Shown: one piece after another, positions 11,055 to 24,086 of the stretch
How positions within the stretch are numbered: position 1 is the first letter of the stretch
Layout: each line of letters begins with the position of its first letter
Assembly: GCA_000320545.1 (NCBI GenBank)
Contig: ADNK01001316.1
Span: 1 to 64,000 of the forward strand
DNA length: 64,000 bases
DNA from: Bigelowiella natans CCMP2755
Taxonomy: Eukaryota > Protista > Cercozoa
Direction: 5' to 3'
The notes under the pieces: model-generated
Told to the model about the DNA's origin: nothing
What the model saw: the letters and a program-made list of their open reading frames with translations, nothing else
Database searches by the model: none
Made by a program: the position numbers and the translations under genes

Positions 11055-12852
11055 ATGAGTGACGAGAAAGTACAGATGGAGGTGGACGCAAAGGAAGAAG
11101 AAGCAGAGGAGCCTCAGGATACCTTGCTCGTCCTTGCAGAGTACCGATACAAAATGCAGTCCCCTTACTTTTCGACGGAGGAGAAAAATGATGCAAAGGC
11201 TGCTCTCATGAAAATTATCCAAAAAAACAGTAAGTCCAAAACACTTCATGTCACCGAGCGTAGCTTCCAAATGATGAGAACCCAAAATGAAAACAGCGGA
11301 TGTGGAGAAGGTGAACTTAGTCCTGATAATCTATTTAGATATGGCTCCTTATTACAAATACATCTGCGACTTGATGAATTGGAGTGTGGACGAGAAGCTG
11401 TGTGAAACAATGAAGGTAGTGACAGCCAGCCTTTCTTATTATTTTGAAAAGAAAGTCAAGAGTGAGTCTATACCTAGGCTGCAAATAAAGCGGAGATGAA
11501 AAAAATGGAAGACGAACTCGAGGATGCAAAGAAAAATAGAGGCGAGACGGAGGTAAGGGATGCTGAAGTCGCCATTGCCAAATATTTCAGCACAATTGGA
11601 GATAAGGTATGAATTTTGAATTTCGCTTCCTGTGACTCGCTTTTGATTGAATATGTACCAACTACAGAAAATAGCATTGGAGAAGTTGAAAGAGGTACTA
11701 GAGAGTTCTGTTGGGACTGGCCAAAAAATCGACGTAGTTTTTGTGGTAAGTAAGAGTTGCTTACTGTATCGACTTTGGAATGTGAAGTATCTTAATCCTC
11801 CAGCTCATCCGTCTGGGAATGGCATTCGACGATACCCAAACTGTGAAGTCCTACGTCACCATGGCAAAAGAGTACGTTAACACTTAAATAATTTATGTGC
11901 TCGCACCTGAAACAATGTCCACAAAAGTCTCGTGGAGAAGGGAGGAGACTGGGAGCGGCGAAATCTGCTGAAAGTCTACGAAGCAACCTTCCTCGTAATA
12001 AGAATTCAGCTCCACCTCTTTCTTGCCTTTTGACGGAATTTTTTTTACCATAAACGAAGGTTCGAATCAGGGATTTTAAGGCTGCTTCGAAGTTGTTCAT
12101 AGAATCCGTTGCAACTTTCACCTGTACCGCCATGTACTCGTATGAAACGTTGGTCTGCTATACCGTCATATGCTCAATGATCAGTTTGGATCGAATTTCC
12201 TTCCGGAAACAGGTTAGAAAGCGCCGTTGATCCTTGCATCAAGTATCTTCTTACATTGAAAATCATACAGATTGTGCGTTCGCCGGAAATACTGCAAGTG
12301 GTGCAAGAAATGCCAAATGTTGAGGGATTGATCCAATCTTTGTACAATTGCAAATATTCTCAACTGTTCAAAGTTCTTGGTAATTACTTCGTCCTCTCTA
12401 TATCTTTACCAATTCTGATGGGTTTCCTCTATGATATTATCAAAGTCAACATCAGTGAAATGCTACGGAAGGACAGATATTTTGCTCCACATTGTGGATG
12501 GTGGTTAAGAGAAATGCGCATCGTCACATACTCCCAGTTCCTTCGTTCCTATCGCAGTGTAACTTTATCTTCTATGGCAACAACTTTTGGAGTCGGAATT
12601 GAATTTTTAGACAAGTAAGAATTTTAAAAAACATTTAGAATAAATAACTTAAAAAAATGACTTTTCTTCGTTTTTTGCAGGGAGTTGTCTCGGTTCATTT
12701 CGGCCGGACGATTAAATTGTAAAATCGATGCCGTAAATCGTGTTGTCGAGACAAATCGGCCTGATGCGAAGAACTCACAGTATGCGGAAATCATCTCTAA
12801 AGGCGACGCTCTGCTATCTCGAATTCAGAAACTTTCGATTGAATTGACGTAA
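11055..12852 (+). CDS. RPN7: 26S proteasome regulatory subunit RPN7 (PSMD6)
   Basis: [75 protein letters not shown] and [24 protein letters not shown], with many short AT-rich introns. Confidence 0.95.
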
Positions 12853-12967
12853 ACTTTACTTCATCATTTATTCGTTGCTAAATCGAAAATTCTTTTAACG
12901 TACATGATAAACAATGCTTCATTGTGCCGAAGATGTTGTCATCTATTAGGGTACGGTCGTGCCGCAT

Positions 12968-13020
12968 AATAGACATAGTAATATCATTTAATATATACTA
13001 ATATATACTACGTGTCTATA
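12968..13020. repeat. Dispersed spacer element B
   Basis: AATAGACATAGTAATATC...TATATACTACGTGTCTATA. Confidence 0.65.
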
Positions 13021-13364
13021 TATTATATTACGTTGTCTATAATCCGCTTTGCTATGCTACGATACGCTCTGCACGGCCTACGCATGTGCATATGTTGCAC
13101 TGCTAGACTGGTGCTTGCTGTAAGCCCGTTTGTCGCGGCTACAGACTACCTACACTGTGTTGCCGACGTTGCTAGGTTGTATTGTGTCTAAATGTATGTT
13201 ATTATATGTAGTAGTGTGGCTACTGCCGTACATGCATGGTGTTGTGTGTTGTGCCATGCTGCTAGCAGCATGCTAGCATGATCTAGTGATGGCGCCCCAA
13301 CCGTACCCAGCTAGCCGGTCACATGTAATACGTGGTGGCAGAAACCAACAGATGCAACATTAGC

Positions 13365-13440
13365 GCTGTAGCCGCCGCATTGCACAGCTACATCAGGATG
13401 ACCATTGAAAAAATTTAATTCTTCATTACATCCGTCTCAC
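13365..13440 (+). repeat. Dispersed spacer element A
   Basis: AGCTACATCAGGATGACCATTGAAAAAATTTAATTCTTCATTACATCCGTCTCAC. Confidence 0.9.
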
Positions 13441-13850
13441 ATGTAATACGTACTAGCAGCTAGTAGCTAGCGTGGGTCGCATGCTAGCATGCATGGCAGC
13501 AGCATCGCAACGATACCACACGCCTAGCTAGCATAAGATGCCATGTGGCTATAGTAAGCTTGCTAGTTGTATAGTGGCATAGCTAGATAGCCATGCGCAG
13601 TGAGACTAGCTAGAGGCGCTAGCACGCACCTGTATCGTAACGTACTAGCTAAGGCCTAACTACGTGCCGCACGTACACGGGCGTGCACGCGGACGATATA
13701 TACGCGCAGTGCTCCATCTGTTCTAATTACGATGCATATCATGTATGATCGATGCTGCTGGTAAGGTTTAAAGGGATATATACAGCTGGCGTCGTCGTAC
13801 TTACATGTTCTAGTGTTGTGTATATGTGTGTGCCGTCTAGTTTTGCAACC

Positions 13851-13890
13851 GATGTCCGAAAAAAAAAACTTTCATTACATCCGTCTCATA
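13851..13890 (+). repeat. Dispersed spacer element A (3' half)
   Basis: GAAAAAAAAAACTTTCATTACATCCGTCTCATA. Confidence 0.8.
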
Positions 13891-14460
13891 TGTCATCATA
13901 GATCTCCACACGTGTACCTAGGTACGTCTACGCAATATGCGTGCTATTTTGTGATTTGTTACATGTTACGAACTGTAGTAGTAGACACGACATGTCTAGA
14001 TATTTGCCATCCTAGCATGTGTCACACACAGCTTATTTTGTCTAGCGTCTAGCTAGATGTCTATATTACAGCGATAGCATGCACATATTTTTTTGAGATC
14101 TACATGTCATCTTTGTTTCATTTTGACTTTCATAGAGGAACTTCATAGTTATTTAGCACGTATCATGCAAAACCCACAAATATAAAGTCTTATTTGAGTG
14201 CGATGTACGTGGGCGACATTTAAGCATAAATAGATCTTGCCGATAGTCGTACTCCATCACCGCAGCACTACGTCTTAGCTGTGCTCATCATGTTGAAGGT
14301 GCTACAAAAAAAATACACATCAGAATGAGTTCTCAAATTGAAAATCACAATGAACACAATGTTTGTAGTATACATATCATATACATAATATGATATGAAA
14401 AGTGTCTATAGTCACATACACAATGTTTATTGCATATATTACATATATGATATAAACGGT

Positions 14461-15516
14461 CTACAGTAAACTCATCTCACCATTGTTCACGTCTGGGAAT
14501 CGTTCAATGGAGAACCGCCTTTGCGATATATACATAATAGGAACACCGGGAATTTTACGTATTCTTCGCTTCAAATCTTTATCACACGTCGCTACAATAT
14601 AGCAGCGATGCTGAGATATATGAACAGATATTTCAATAATTCAATAACTTAAGGAACGTGAAGCATATGTTGATTTATATGTATGTTCATATGCTGCATA
14701 TCGAACCTGGTTGACTCGATTAACAAGACAGTCATCCGCGTATGTTCCCTTGTGCTGACATGGAAGCCGCTCAAATCTAGGATCCTTTGCAATTCTGATC
14801 AAGTTATGCCCATTTGATCAACGCAAAGTCTTATAAACCATATCAGTTTCTACCTCAAAGCGACCCTATATTTTGGTCCTAACTTTTCGAGCTCCGCCAT
14901 GACACAATCCGTGATTATGGGCACACATTTAGCCAAGAGGCAGTCCATAAAAGAGGTGAAAACATCCAATTTGTTTTGTATTGCGAAGTTGATGAAGTTT
15001 GTATCGACGAGAATGTGATATGGCGGGCCTAATGAAGAGTTGTACTTGAAGAATAGCTCGGATGGTGTCTTCTTCCTGAAAATGTTTAATAGAAATATTG
15101 AATTTCCGACCTACTAATCCTTAAACGAATAAAAACTTACACTTCTTTTACGAGTTGCCCTTCGTGTGTCCTTTGCTTTTTCTTCTTTGCTTTTCGTTCC
15201 TGAACCACCTTCCTAAAACCATTCGACAAGCTTAGAATGATGGTTTGCTACACGTGTCTCATGGTATATTCTTGTGATCAACGTCTGTTAAAGTCATAAA
15301 CTTACAGGCGTTGGTCCTTGGGGTTCAACATCCGCTTCACCGCAGCGAATTTCCGAGTTTTTTTCTGTTTCGGCTGAGGAATAACAGACCAAAGTTTTCT
15401 TTAATGCGAGAGTGCAACATCATCAAACATTCATTATTTCCAGTGCCCCCCATAGACAGACAAAAGCGAAATGATGATCGCGGAAGTGGCAGATTGGAAG
15501 GGTGAGAGGCGACCAT
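14461..15516 (-). CDS. FCF1: rRNA-processing PIN-domain nuclease FCF1/UTP24 (not in the ORF track)
   Basis: Spliced: M / [23 protein letters not shown] / ... / [31 protein letters not shown]...[25 protein letters not shown] / [24 protein letters not shown] / ...[25 protein letters not shown]...*. Confidence 0.95.
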
Positions 15517-15782
15517 GGTTCAATTGAATGAGTTGTTTTTAAGACCTAAAAGATACTTTTGGATCATAATTCGCCGAGATTCCGAAGCTGTAATGGAGGG
15601 GATTTACAGAAATATTTTGTCCATATCCATGTCGCTGTTGTCTCTTATCTTGTCGTTGTCCGTTGTAAAGATGTCCGAAGCCGAGCCCGATCTGTGGGTG
15701 TGGGGACGATGATCACCCACATGGTGTCAGTAGCCCTCGCCTACCTTCATTCCCATACGGGCTTGTTATCCGGGTCGTTTTA

Positions 15783-18504
15783 ATGAGAGAAAAGGCTAGT
15801 GTGCGAAAACATCCACACTCCCTCAGCGAGGGAAAACCATCGCAGCATGGATTCCTCAAAAGCCCTTCGTCAAAATCTTCACTGAGATGTGGCTTTTCCC
15901 AGCGTTTAGTTACATTATTTGGAGCGTTAATGGTTGTGGTTGCAATTGTTATCTTCCCGGTCGATTTTCCCCTTATTTCATCTATGGCTACGAAGACCAT
16001 AATCAACAACATACATGAATCGAGTTTTCTAGTAGCAGAGCCGTCGCCGCCTACTGTCAACGCAACTGCAGGGCCTTCAACGACCCACATTCATAACGGA
16101 TTCAATTGGGTTACATTCAATAAGGATGCAAAGATTGCAGTTCTATTGAGTGGACAACCAAGATCTTTCATGAAGGTGACGCATTGTGTTGCAATCGGTT
16201 TATTGTTACGGACAATGATAGAAGAAAATTTTCGATTAATCAGGTGAAAAGGCATATGGAATCCGCCCTGATTTACCCCAATAATGCCGACGTGTTTGTA
16301 CATTTAAATTTAGATAGATGCTCTAGATCCGATCTAAGCGTTTTTCACTACCTGCAAAAAGCCGATTATGTAAAAAGCATCAGTGCATCCATTTCATCAA
16401 TTGGTGACGTAGCTGACGTGAAGAGAGAATTGCGAGGGGATTTTAAAGTATATGATATGGACAAAGAAATAAATCTCGATGAAAACGAAGTCTACGAAGT
16501 CGACAAATGGCAATTGCAACAAAAGAAAGTACTTAGAAAGGTCTGCTGCCAGTTGTCAACCTATCGATCAATCGTGTGCTATGTCGAGATAATACGTGGT
16601 CTCATTGTATAACTCATCAGATTTTCTTCCTCCGAGTCATTATGTGTCTAGGCGTGTTGGTACTTTCGCTAACAACAACAACAACATCCTCGTCATCATC
16701 AACAACAATAGCACGTGCGCGCGCGCATGTTTTGCAGGAATATATTTATCATGCAAGACCACACTGATAAACTACAAATAATAGGTCATAATCGTGCCCC
16801 TTGGAACTCGTGTGTACATAGTGATACCCCCTAAACGACTACGGGTCATATTACCTTATCTCCTTTTGGGCAGTTGCTTCTTGTTCTTAGCAGTCGGATA
16901 CTTCAGTTGGATCTTGGGGAACGTTTTCAAAGACGCGCCGTTTTTTGCAATAGCGGGAAGGAGAACCTCCCACCCCTCTCAGCAAAGAGGAATGAGCATA
17001 GTTGAGAATCTACGGTACCAATACGCGGAGACTTATGGCGTTAATTATTCCCTGAGTGTGCGCCTGAGGCCTGATTTGGATATAGGGATTGATGCGAATT
17101 ACACCTTCGATTTGAAGCCGTACATCCAAACGGTTGGCGATGGGGATTTGTTCGCTGTCACCTACGATTACCGTACGTGTCTTCTGAGGTGCAAAAATTG
17201 GAAGAAATACTGCCCTAAAGGCTCTCTGTACCAGAGGGGGGGGTATTGCTATATCATCTCGACAGTCTTCAACAGCCTGTCGTCCTTTCTAAAGCAAGGG
17301 GTTTCCTCTTGCCTATGCAGCGGCCCTCATTGGCGATGTGGACTTGAATTAGATGAGAAAGGCAGATCCCCAGAGCAAAAGCTACTTCCTGGTGCGCGGC
17401 GATCTGACGAGGAGGAGGAGGGGGAGGATTTCACTGCTGCTGCTGCTGCTGCGGCGGCGTCTTATGCATCGGAAAGAAGAAGAGGGGGCCAGGAAGAGCA
17501 GAGAGTCACCACAACCCTGCTGTACTGTCAGCCTCCTTTAACTCCTCGCCCATTCCTGAAGCTCGAGAGGATGCCTATAAGAAATACTTCGTTTCGCGTC
17601 ATCTTTTCGGATCACATTTTCTTTGGCCACCCGACGGCTGTTCGCGCTGCGATGCATGGGTACAAACACTCCGCAGCAGCACTTCGATCGAAGCAAATGC
17701 ATTTTGGCGAAGGTCTTCCGCCCTCGGAGTCCATGGTGTGGAGACCCCTGATCAACTTTGCCAGCATTACGATTACTACCGTGCAGCTTCCATATGGACT
17801 GCGCCGTCTGGGGGCAAGACAGGCAGCGCTCTGCAGCGGCAGCGATAAAAAGAGCGTATTGAACCCGGTAGTAAATATTCCCCTAGCGTAAGGATTCCAT
17901 CAAGAATGGTATTGTTATGTTTGTTGTTATTGTTGTTTTGTTGTTGTTGTTGATGTTGCGTTAGAATGATGTCGACGAATGGGAAGGTCGCCTTCCTACG
18001 TTAATCCAGCCACCTGACATTGATTCAACTGCTGCTGCGGCTGGATTTCCCGCAAATATCACCTTCAACAACTATAACTGGGTCCCGTACAATCGCATCA
18101 AGCATTTTGCCGTATTTCTGCGAGGAAGCTCTTCGCGCCTATCTCTCTCTGCAGTCGGCAACTTCGAACGAAGCTGGAACCGAACGCTCGAGTTGGCGGA
18201 CGTCTATATTGAGCTGACACAATGTGCGAACAGAGTGTCGAATGAGGAGCTCAAGGCCGTGCATTACCTTCGAGCTGCGTATTACGTGAAAGCGTTGCTC
18301 TTGGACATCACCATATGTACCCAACCTGCAGCAGATACGTTATCAAGTCCTCGCAATCGCAAGGATCAGAGAACCTGTGATGAAAGGTCCATGAATCCCA
18401 TGAAATTCAAAGTTGGGCGATCTGCTGTCGAGGAGAGCGGGGGGGTTTATCAAAGGGTGTTCTGCTTTCGAGTGGATGGAGGGGAAATAGTGCACATGCA
18501 ATAA
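15783..18504 (+). CDS. Type II membrane putative glycosyltransferase-like protein
   Basis: N-terminal TM (LVTLFGALMVVVAIVIF) and motifs KIAVLLSGQPRSF, DVFVHL, YSLSVRLRPDL and SDHIFFG. An intron near 17868-17964 joins the 16794 ORF to the exon ending at 18504. Confidence 0.6.
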
Positions 18505-19575
18505 GACAATGAACCATATTTTATGAGTGCTGTGATGCATGCGGTGAACGGCTGTGTGCATTGCTTTTATTCAGCCGTGCGAAAACGCATTTTTTTTTTA
18601 ATTTTTCCGCCCGTCACTCTACACGCAGAACGTGGCAAAATACAATGAATAATTGAAAATCAGAAGTTTAGGCAATAATAAGTGCCAAGTTAAAGCGGCA
18701 ATGTGTACGAACAGTGGCGAAAGCAATCATGCAATGACATAAGCACACATGTACAGCGCCGCTGCTGTATGCATTAGAAGACAGCCCCTTTTGCCATCAA
18801 ACCAAAGGGAATAATGGGAATATCGGCCACGCCGATGGCCCATATACTGCATAATTGTAGCTGCTATATATCCTCTTTGCTTGCTGACGTTGTCTAGTTG
18901 CACGCACATGCCTCCCACATATTAGCTTGGTGCTTATTATTGCTAAATCTCGACCACGTAGTGCATACGTATACATATAGCCATATAGCATGCTATGTAA
19001 TTATATTGCCGTGCCGTTCCGCCTATTGGCATGTGCATGACCATGTGCTATCCCACAGCTAGACAGCGCAGTGTAGCTACGATGTGCTGGCCTCGTGCAT
19101 CGCTGCAGCAAGCGCAGAGCTTCCATAAGCCTATATTTTGTGTCTACTGTGCTGCAAATATGCTGCGTCATGCACAACGCGTCCGGATGTCAGATCGAGA
19201 GATGTATTTAATAAGGTGTTAACGTGCACCCGTTGCACATGCAGCTTGGCGAAGAATATGCTTCAATGTTCAATGCATTGCCAGCCTCTTCCACCTCACG
19301 GCGCCGAAGATAATTGCGCAAGACGTGTAGCTCTTCATTCGTGCAACGAATGCCGCCGCACTGCTTCGGTTCTAGCCCTCGTAACTCTTCGTGCAAAAAT
19401 CGTAGGCTTTCTATCTCCAGACGAAGGTCCTTCGCGTATGATCTAGCATCATATCTCTATTCGCATGCGATTAACTGAATGCAGAGGAGGATTTTTTGCG
19501 TTTCCGGTTTACACGCAGAAGGCATGGGACATGCTACACGAAAAACAAGTCGATCTTCTCTGCAGAACTTCTTCT

Positions 19576-19980
19576 TTATCCGCGTCCCTTCTCACTTCTT
19601 CTCTCGCGCTTAAATGTGTACCATCTTGCCTGTTGTTCTGGTTCATCAACCGATATCTTCTCAGAAAAGCTTTCATTTACTTCTAGGAACGTTTCTTCCA
19701 ATTCAGATTCTCTTCTAGCGTCCCCGCCTCGCAATGGTGAATTTATTTCGTCACCGCTCGTGAATCGTCCAGGATTTATACTAGTCAATCTCCGTCGATT
19801 TACATTCTGCATTCCTCCACATTTACATTTCGTGCAACATGCGAAGATTCCAAGGATTAAAACCAGTGGGCCTAGCACTGCGAAAGTCACCCATAGCGTT
19901 TTATCGAAATTGTCATACTTCTTTCCCGGATCCTCCTGTGTAAGGAATCAAAATAAGTTCTCTTCCCTCTCCCCCCCCTT

Positions 19981-20026
<46 letters not shown>

Positions 20027-20308
20027 AGTTATCATAAAATTTACAGCCGTGTTAACATTATGCGCATGCGCGTATGCTCTTATTCTTTACTTCACATAGT
20101 GGATATATTCTCCTACCTTATCATGTTTATCGAAAGCGGTCATGCTTATCGATGAGGCGTAAATATCCGTAATTCCAGACAGCAGCTCCGGCGATACCTA
20201 AATAATATTTCATACATTAAGTTTGTAAAAATGCTGGTGATGATGATTGCTTAACAGGGCACCGCTTTTATTATTGAGGTTGCATCACTTCTCATTATGT
20301 ACTTATTG

Positions 20309-20342
<34 letters not shown>

Positions 20343-21849
20343 CACTATTACTATTATTATTATTGCTGTTTTGTTGATGTTAATGATGATGATTTTGGTC
20401 TATCCGATTGTCGGCAATGATCATTGTCATCTCAACGGCAGTCAGTCGTCGCTACTATCGAAAGTCATACGGGTAATGACCGTGAAACTGTCGCCGCCAT
20501 CCTCCTTACTACCCCACGTTATCACAGCCCCCTCCCAGGTTAAGGCAGCAAACGCACAACAGCTTGAAACAACTTTCTTCACGTTCACAAGTTGTGCAGA
20601 GACGGCTAAGTAGGAGAGAATGAAGTTTTAACACAAAAGGGTGTGTGAGTTTGAAGGCAAAGTTTACAACCAAACCTGCTGCATTCCCGCCATTACTTGG
20701 CCGTCCCCACGGAACGACCCTGTTTTCTGAGCTCAATGCAGCAAAAGCCGTACCTGACGAGCTAATGGCAACAATTTTGTCTGGAAAGGTGACGTAGCTG
20801 CTATCTCCGCCACAGTCGGATTCCCCCCAAGTTACTACCGAATGCTCGTGCTTCAAAGCAGCAAACGCGCATGTGTTTGAGAAGACAGTTTTGACTCCTG
20901 AATGTAGCTGGGACGCAACAGTATCTGACACCCCTCCCTTGTCAAAGCTGCCCCATGTCACAATCTCTCCATTTTCCTTTAAAGCTGCAAAGGCCACAGA
21001 ATTTGCAAATATTTTTGTTACCCCTGCTTGCAGCTTAAATGAAACATTAGGACTTATCCGCCCTCCATAAAATGCGTTTCCCCATGCTACAACGCTGCCG
21101 TCAAAACGCAGTGCAGCGAATGCATAGTTGTTGGAGTAAATCATTTTCGTCAGTCCGTCTATTGCGGATCGAACTGTTGTGGAGTCTCCGCCGGAAATTG
21201 CATCGCCCCAGGATATAATGGAGCCGTTTTTGGTTATTGCAGTGAAAGCAGTAGCAGTTGAAAAGACCAGCTTTGCACCACCTGCATCTCTCACAGCGAC
21301 TTCCACAGTTGTCGAACGGCCTCCACGTACGGGATCACCCCAGGAGGTAACGAGGCCATTTTCATCTATAGCAACGAATGCAGCTCCAAGGGTGTCAGAG
21401 TTTGAGCTGATATTCACGAAAGTTCTTGAGTTCAGTATAGAATTTACAGTCGTTGTATTTCCACCATATTGCTCACTTCCCCATGCCAGAACCCTTCCGT
21501 CTTCTCTAAGCGCAGCAAAAGCTTTGGTAGACGCAAATATCTTGCTCACACGAGCTTGATTAACTTCCGCTGGGACAGAGCTCATGTTCCCACCACATTC
21601 TCCGTCTCCCCAAACCACTACTTTTGAGGTGTTTTTAGGTATAGCAGCGAAAGCGCATTCGTTAGACACGACATATCTAACCCCCTCTTTCACTTCTTCA
21701 CTCGCTTTCGTCGTGTCGCCAATACCGCTACCCCATGTGACGAATCTCTCAATTAAAGGGATGTCATTATCAATCTCTCCGTAATTGCTTTTGACTGGCC
21801 ATGCAAAAACGAAGGCAGCGAGCTGAATTAGGCGAAGAAGTGACGGCAT
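19576..21849 (-). CDS. Type I membrane protein: signal peptide, RCC1/BLIP-II-like (VVxWG) repeats, TM helix and cytoplasmic tail
   Basis: About 9 repeats of the form AFAAL..DG.V.xWG...GG in 20509-21849. The last exon gives LWVTFAVLGPLVLILGIFACCTKCKC and a tail ending at 19576. Confidence 0.8.
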
Positions 21850-22260
21850 TTAATTTTTCTCTTTGAGACACGCCTTTCTCTTTCAGATATGCCACAATGA
21901 GATTTAATGAACTTAAAAGGGTTTTCTCTTTCTCGTTCATACACTCACGTGCATTCCTCCCCCTCCTCCTTTGGGTACGGGTGTGGCACGCAAACCATCG
22001 CAAGATTCGTCTGCGATCTATACTCGTACAACCAAACGTTACCAGCGTGTCGTTACGATGCGTTAAAGAGGGATGGATGGGGTTTCCATCCTGCGATAAC
22101 AATACAATGGATAAATCGAAAATCAAGGCGATTCTCGGTAATGTCGGGGTGCGCGACATAGATAATTTGTTGTCGCTATACAAAAACAGCTGCTTGCCTG
22201 TGTCACGATCGAAACACGAACCCGCGCGCGCTCTCAGAAAGGAGGGGGAACTCAAGCGGA

Positions 22261-22692
22261 ATGGAAGGAAGCAATCGTCTTCCCACGCAAATTTTTGCAA
22301 CCCCGCCGTCGAATTCCTGCTATTCCTTTTCGAATGACACTACGAAGGACGGTTTTGGTAAGGGAGTCGGAGGTTCTGCAGGAGGAGGAAAGCGACGAGG
22401 TGTGAAGGAGCAGCGATATGACTCGAACGGGAGACGGAAACGAGCGGCCTGGAAAATGCGTTTCGCTGAGCATTGTTTGAAACGTATGAAGAAAGACCGG
22501 GCTACCCTTATGGAAAATATAAGAAATAGATCCCGAGGTTCTTTTCTGCTTTCTGTCTATTTCCCCCATCCTCCTCTTGAATGAATTTTCATAGGAGTTT
22601 GTGCTACGCCATCTGTTGTCTGTGCATCAATGTTCTTGATACGAAGTTTTTTTGGTCACCGTTTCTCTTTGGTGGATCGCTACAACGGTGTA

Positions 22693-22756
<64 letters not shown>

Positions 22757-23920
22757 TGCACACACGCACGCACGCACGTACATACGAACTATACACATAC
22801 ATACGCGGGCAAATGATTTCATCCTCTAGTGTACACCTACGAAAGCATCTCTTGCACCAGTTAGAGACTATAATTGTTGTTGTGACAGAAGTGGCGCTGT
22901 TGTGTACGCTACGTTAGGCACAAGCATTGCGAAAGCCCTGCATGGGTCCCTCGGGGAGCTGGTTGAGAAAGAACTCAGAAACTTTTCCGGGGATAAGAAA
23001 AATCGCGTGGGAAGTGGTGTAAATGGGGGAGGAGAAAGGACAACAATGGAATTTGAACGCAAGGCAGCTGTTTCGCAACATAGCAGTACGAATGACATGG
23101 CAATCCATAATGACCTGGAGCAGCCGCCAGCCGCCCCTGAGTTGACAGAACGAGAGATTGAATTACTCCTCAAAGATTTGCAAGAAGCTATGAGAGAAGA
23201 CCCGCTGTACCAACAGTGTCTTCGGTATGAGAAAGAAGAGGCAGAAGCGATTGAAATCGAGGTGGAGGGATATTTGAAGGTTGATTCTTTGTTATGTATG
23301 TTTGCCTGCAGCAAGCAACAGCGGTTCCATAAAACACTTATCATGATGATGACGACGACGAGGAAGACTCACTCATCAGCAACTTAGTAATGTGCTTTCT
23401 AACATCAACTAAAAGGATCAAGCAAAGGCTGCGGAGCAAATCGAGGCGGAAGTAATCTGTCCTTTTTGCAGAAAATGCAACTGGAATATAACCAACACAG
23501 GGCGCAAGACCTCCGTTGTATCTTGCCGATGTGGATTGAAGGTTGAATTGAATGTAGTAGCGATGCAAGGGCGAGGGACAGTGATATCAACGGCTGAGAG
23601 GACATCCTTCTGTTGTTTGTGTCGGCTGTTCAGATAGAGACTCCTATGGCCAAGCCTGAAGTCTTTAGAAAGTTTCTGGCAGAGGCTATTGGAGGTCATG
23701 GAAGAACCTGCTTCAAACCTCCCACCTTTCTCGGTAGTAGCACCCACCGCCGTTGCCGAACGCATCATTACAACTTTATCGATTGCTTGCATCCTCTCTC
23801 TGAGCAGAATCTTTTCCCTCTTTTTGTTTTCCAGCATGCAGGCAACGGCAGCAACTGCTTCTATGTTGCAACGCGTGCAGAATACAGCGGAAGATATTCG
23901 ATTGTCGTGTTTTATGTTGA
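22261..23920 (+). CDS. RPAIN: RPA-interacting protein (RIP/RPAIN)
   Basis: N-terminal WKMRFAEHCLKRMKKDRATL, an acidic middle, and C-terminal Cys motifs VICPFCRKC, CRCG, HGRTCFKPPTF and LLLCCNAC. Confidence 0.75.
22695..22775. repeat. Compound (CT)n(CA)n microsatellite in an RPAIN intron
   Basis: Read directly from the sequence. Confidence 0.9.
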
Positions 23921-24048
23921 AAATTAAAAATAATAAATGAAGATAGCGTGTAGCGAATGTGGGCTCATTCACTTATGAACGATGAACGCGGCAAAGCAGT
24001 TTCAAGTTTGCAATGTTTATGGAGACACGTGCGTTACTGATTATATAA

Positions 24049-24086
<38 letters not shown>

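Noticed and set aside
15515-15712. Plus-strand ORF sharing the CCATGG palindrome with the FCF1 start codon
   Set aside because: Short, with no motif, and lying in the promoter gap; likely chance.
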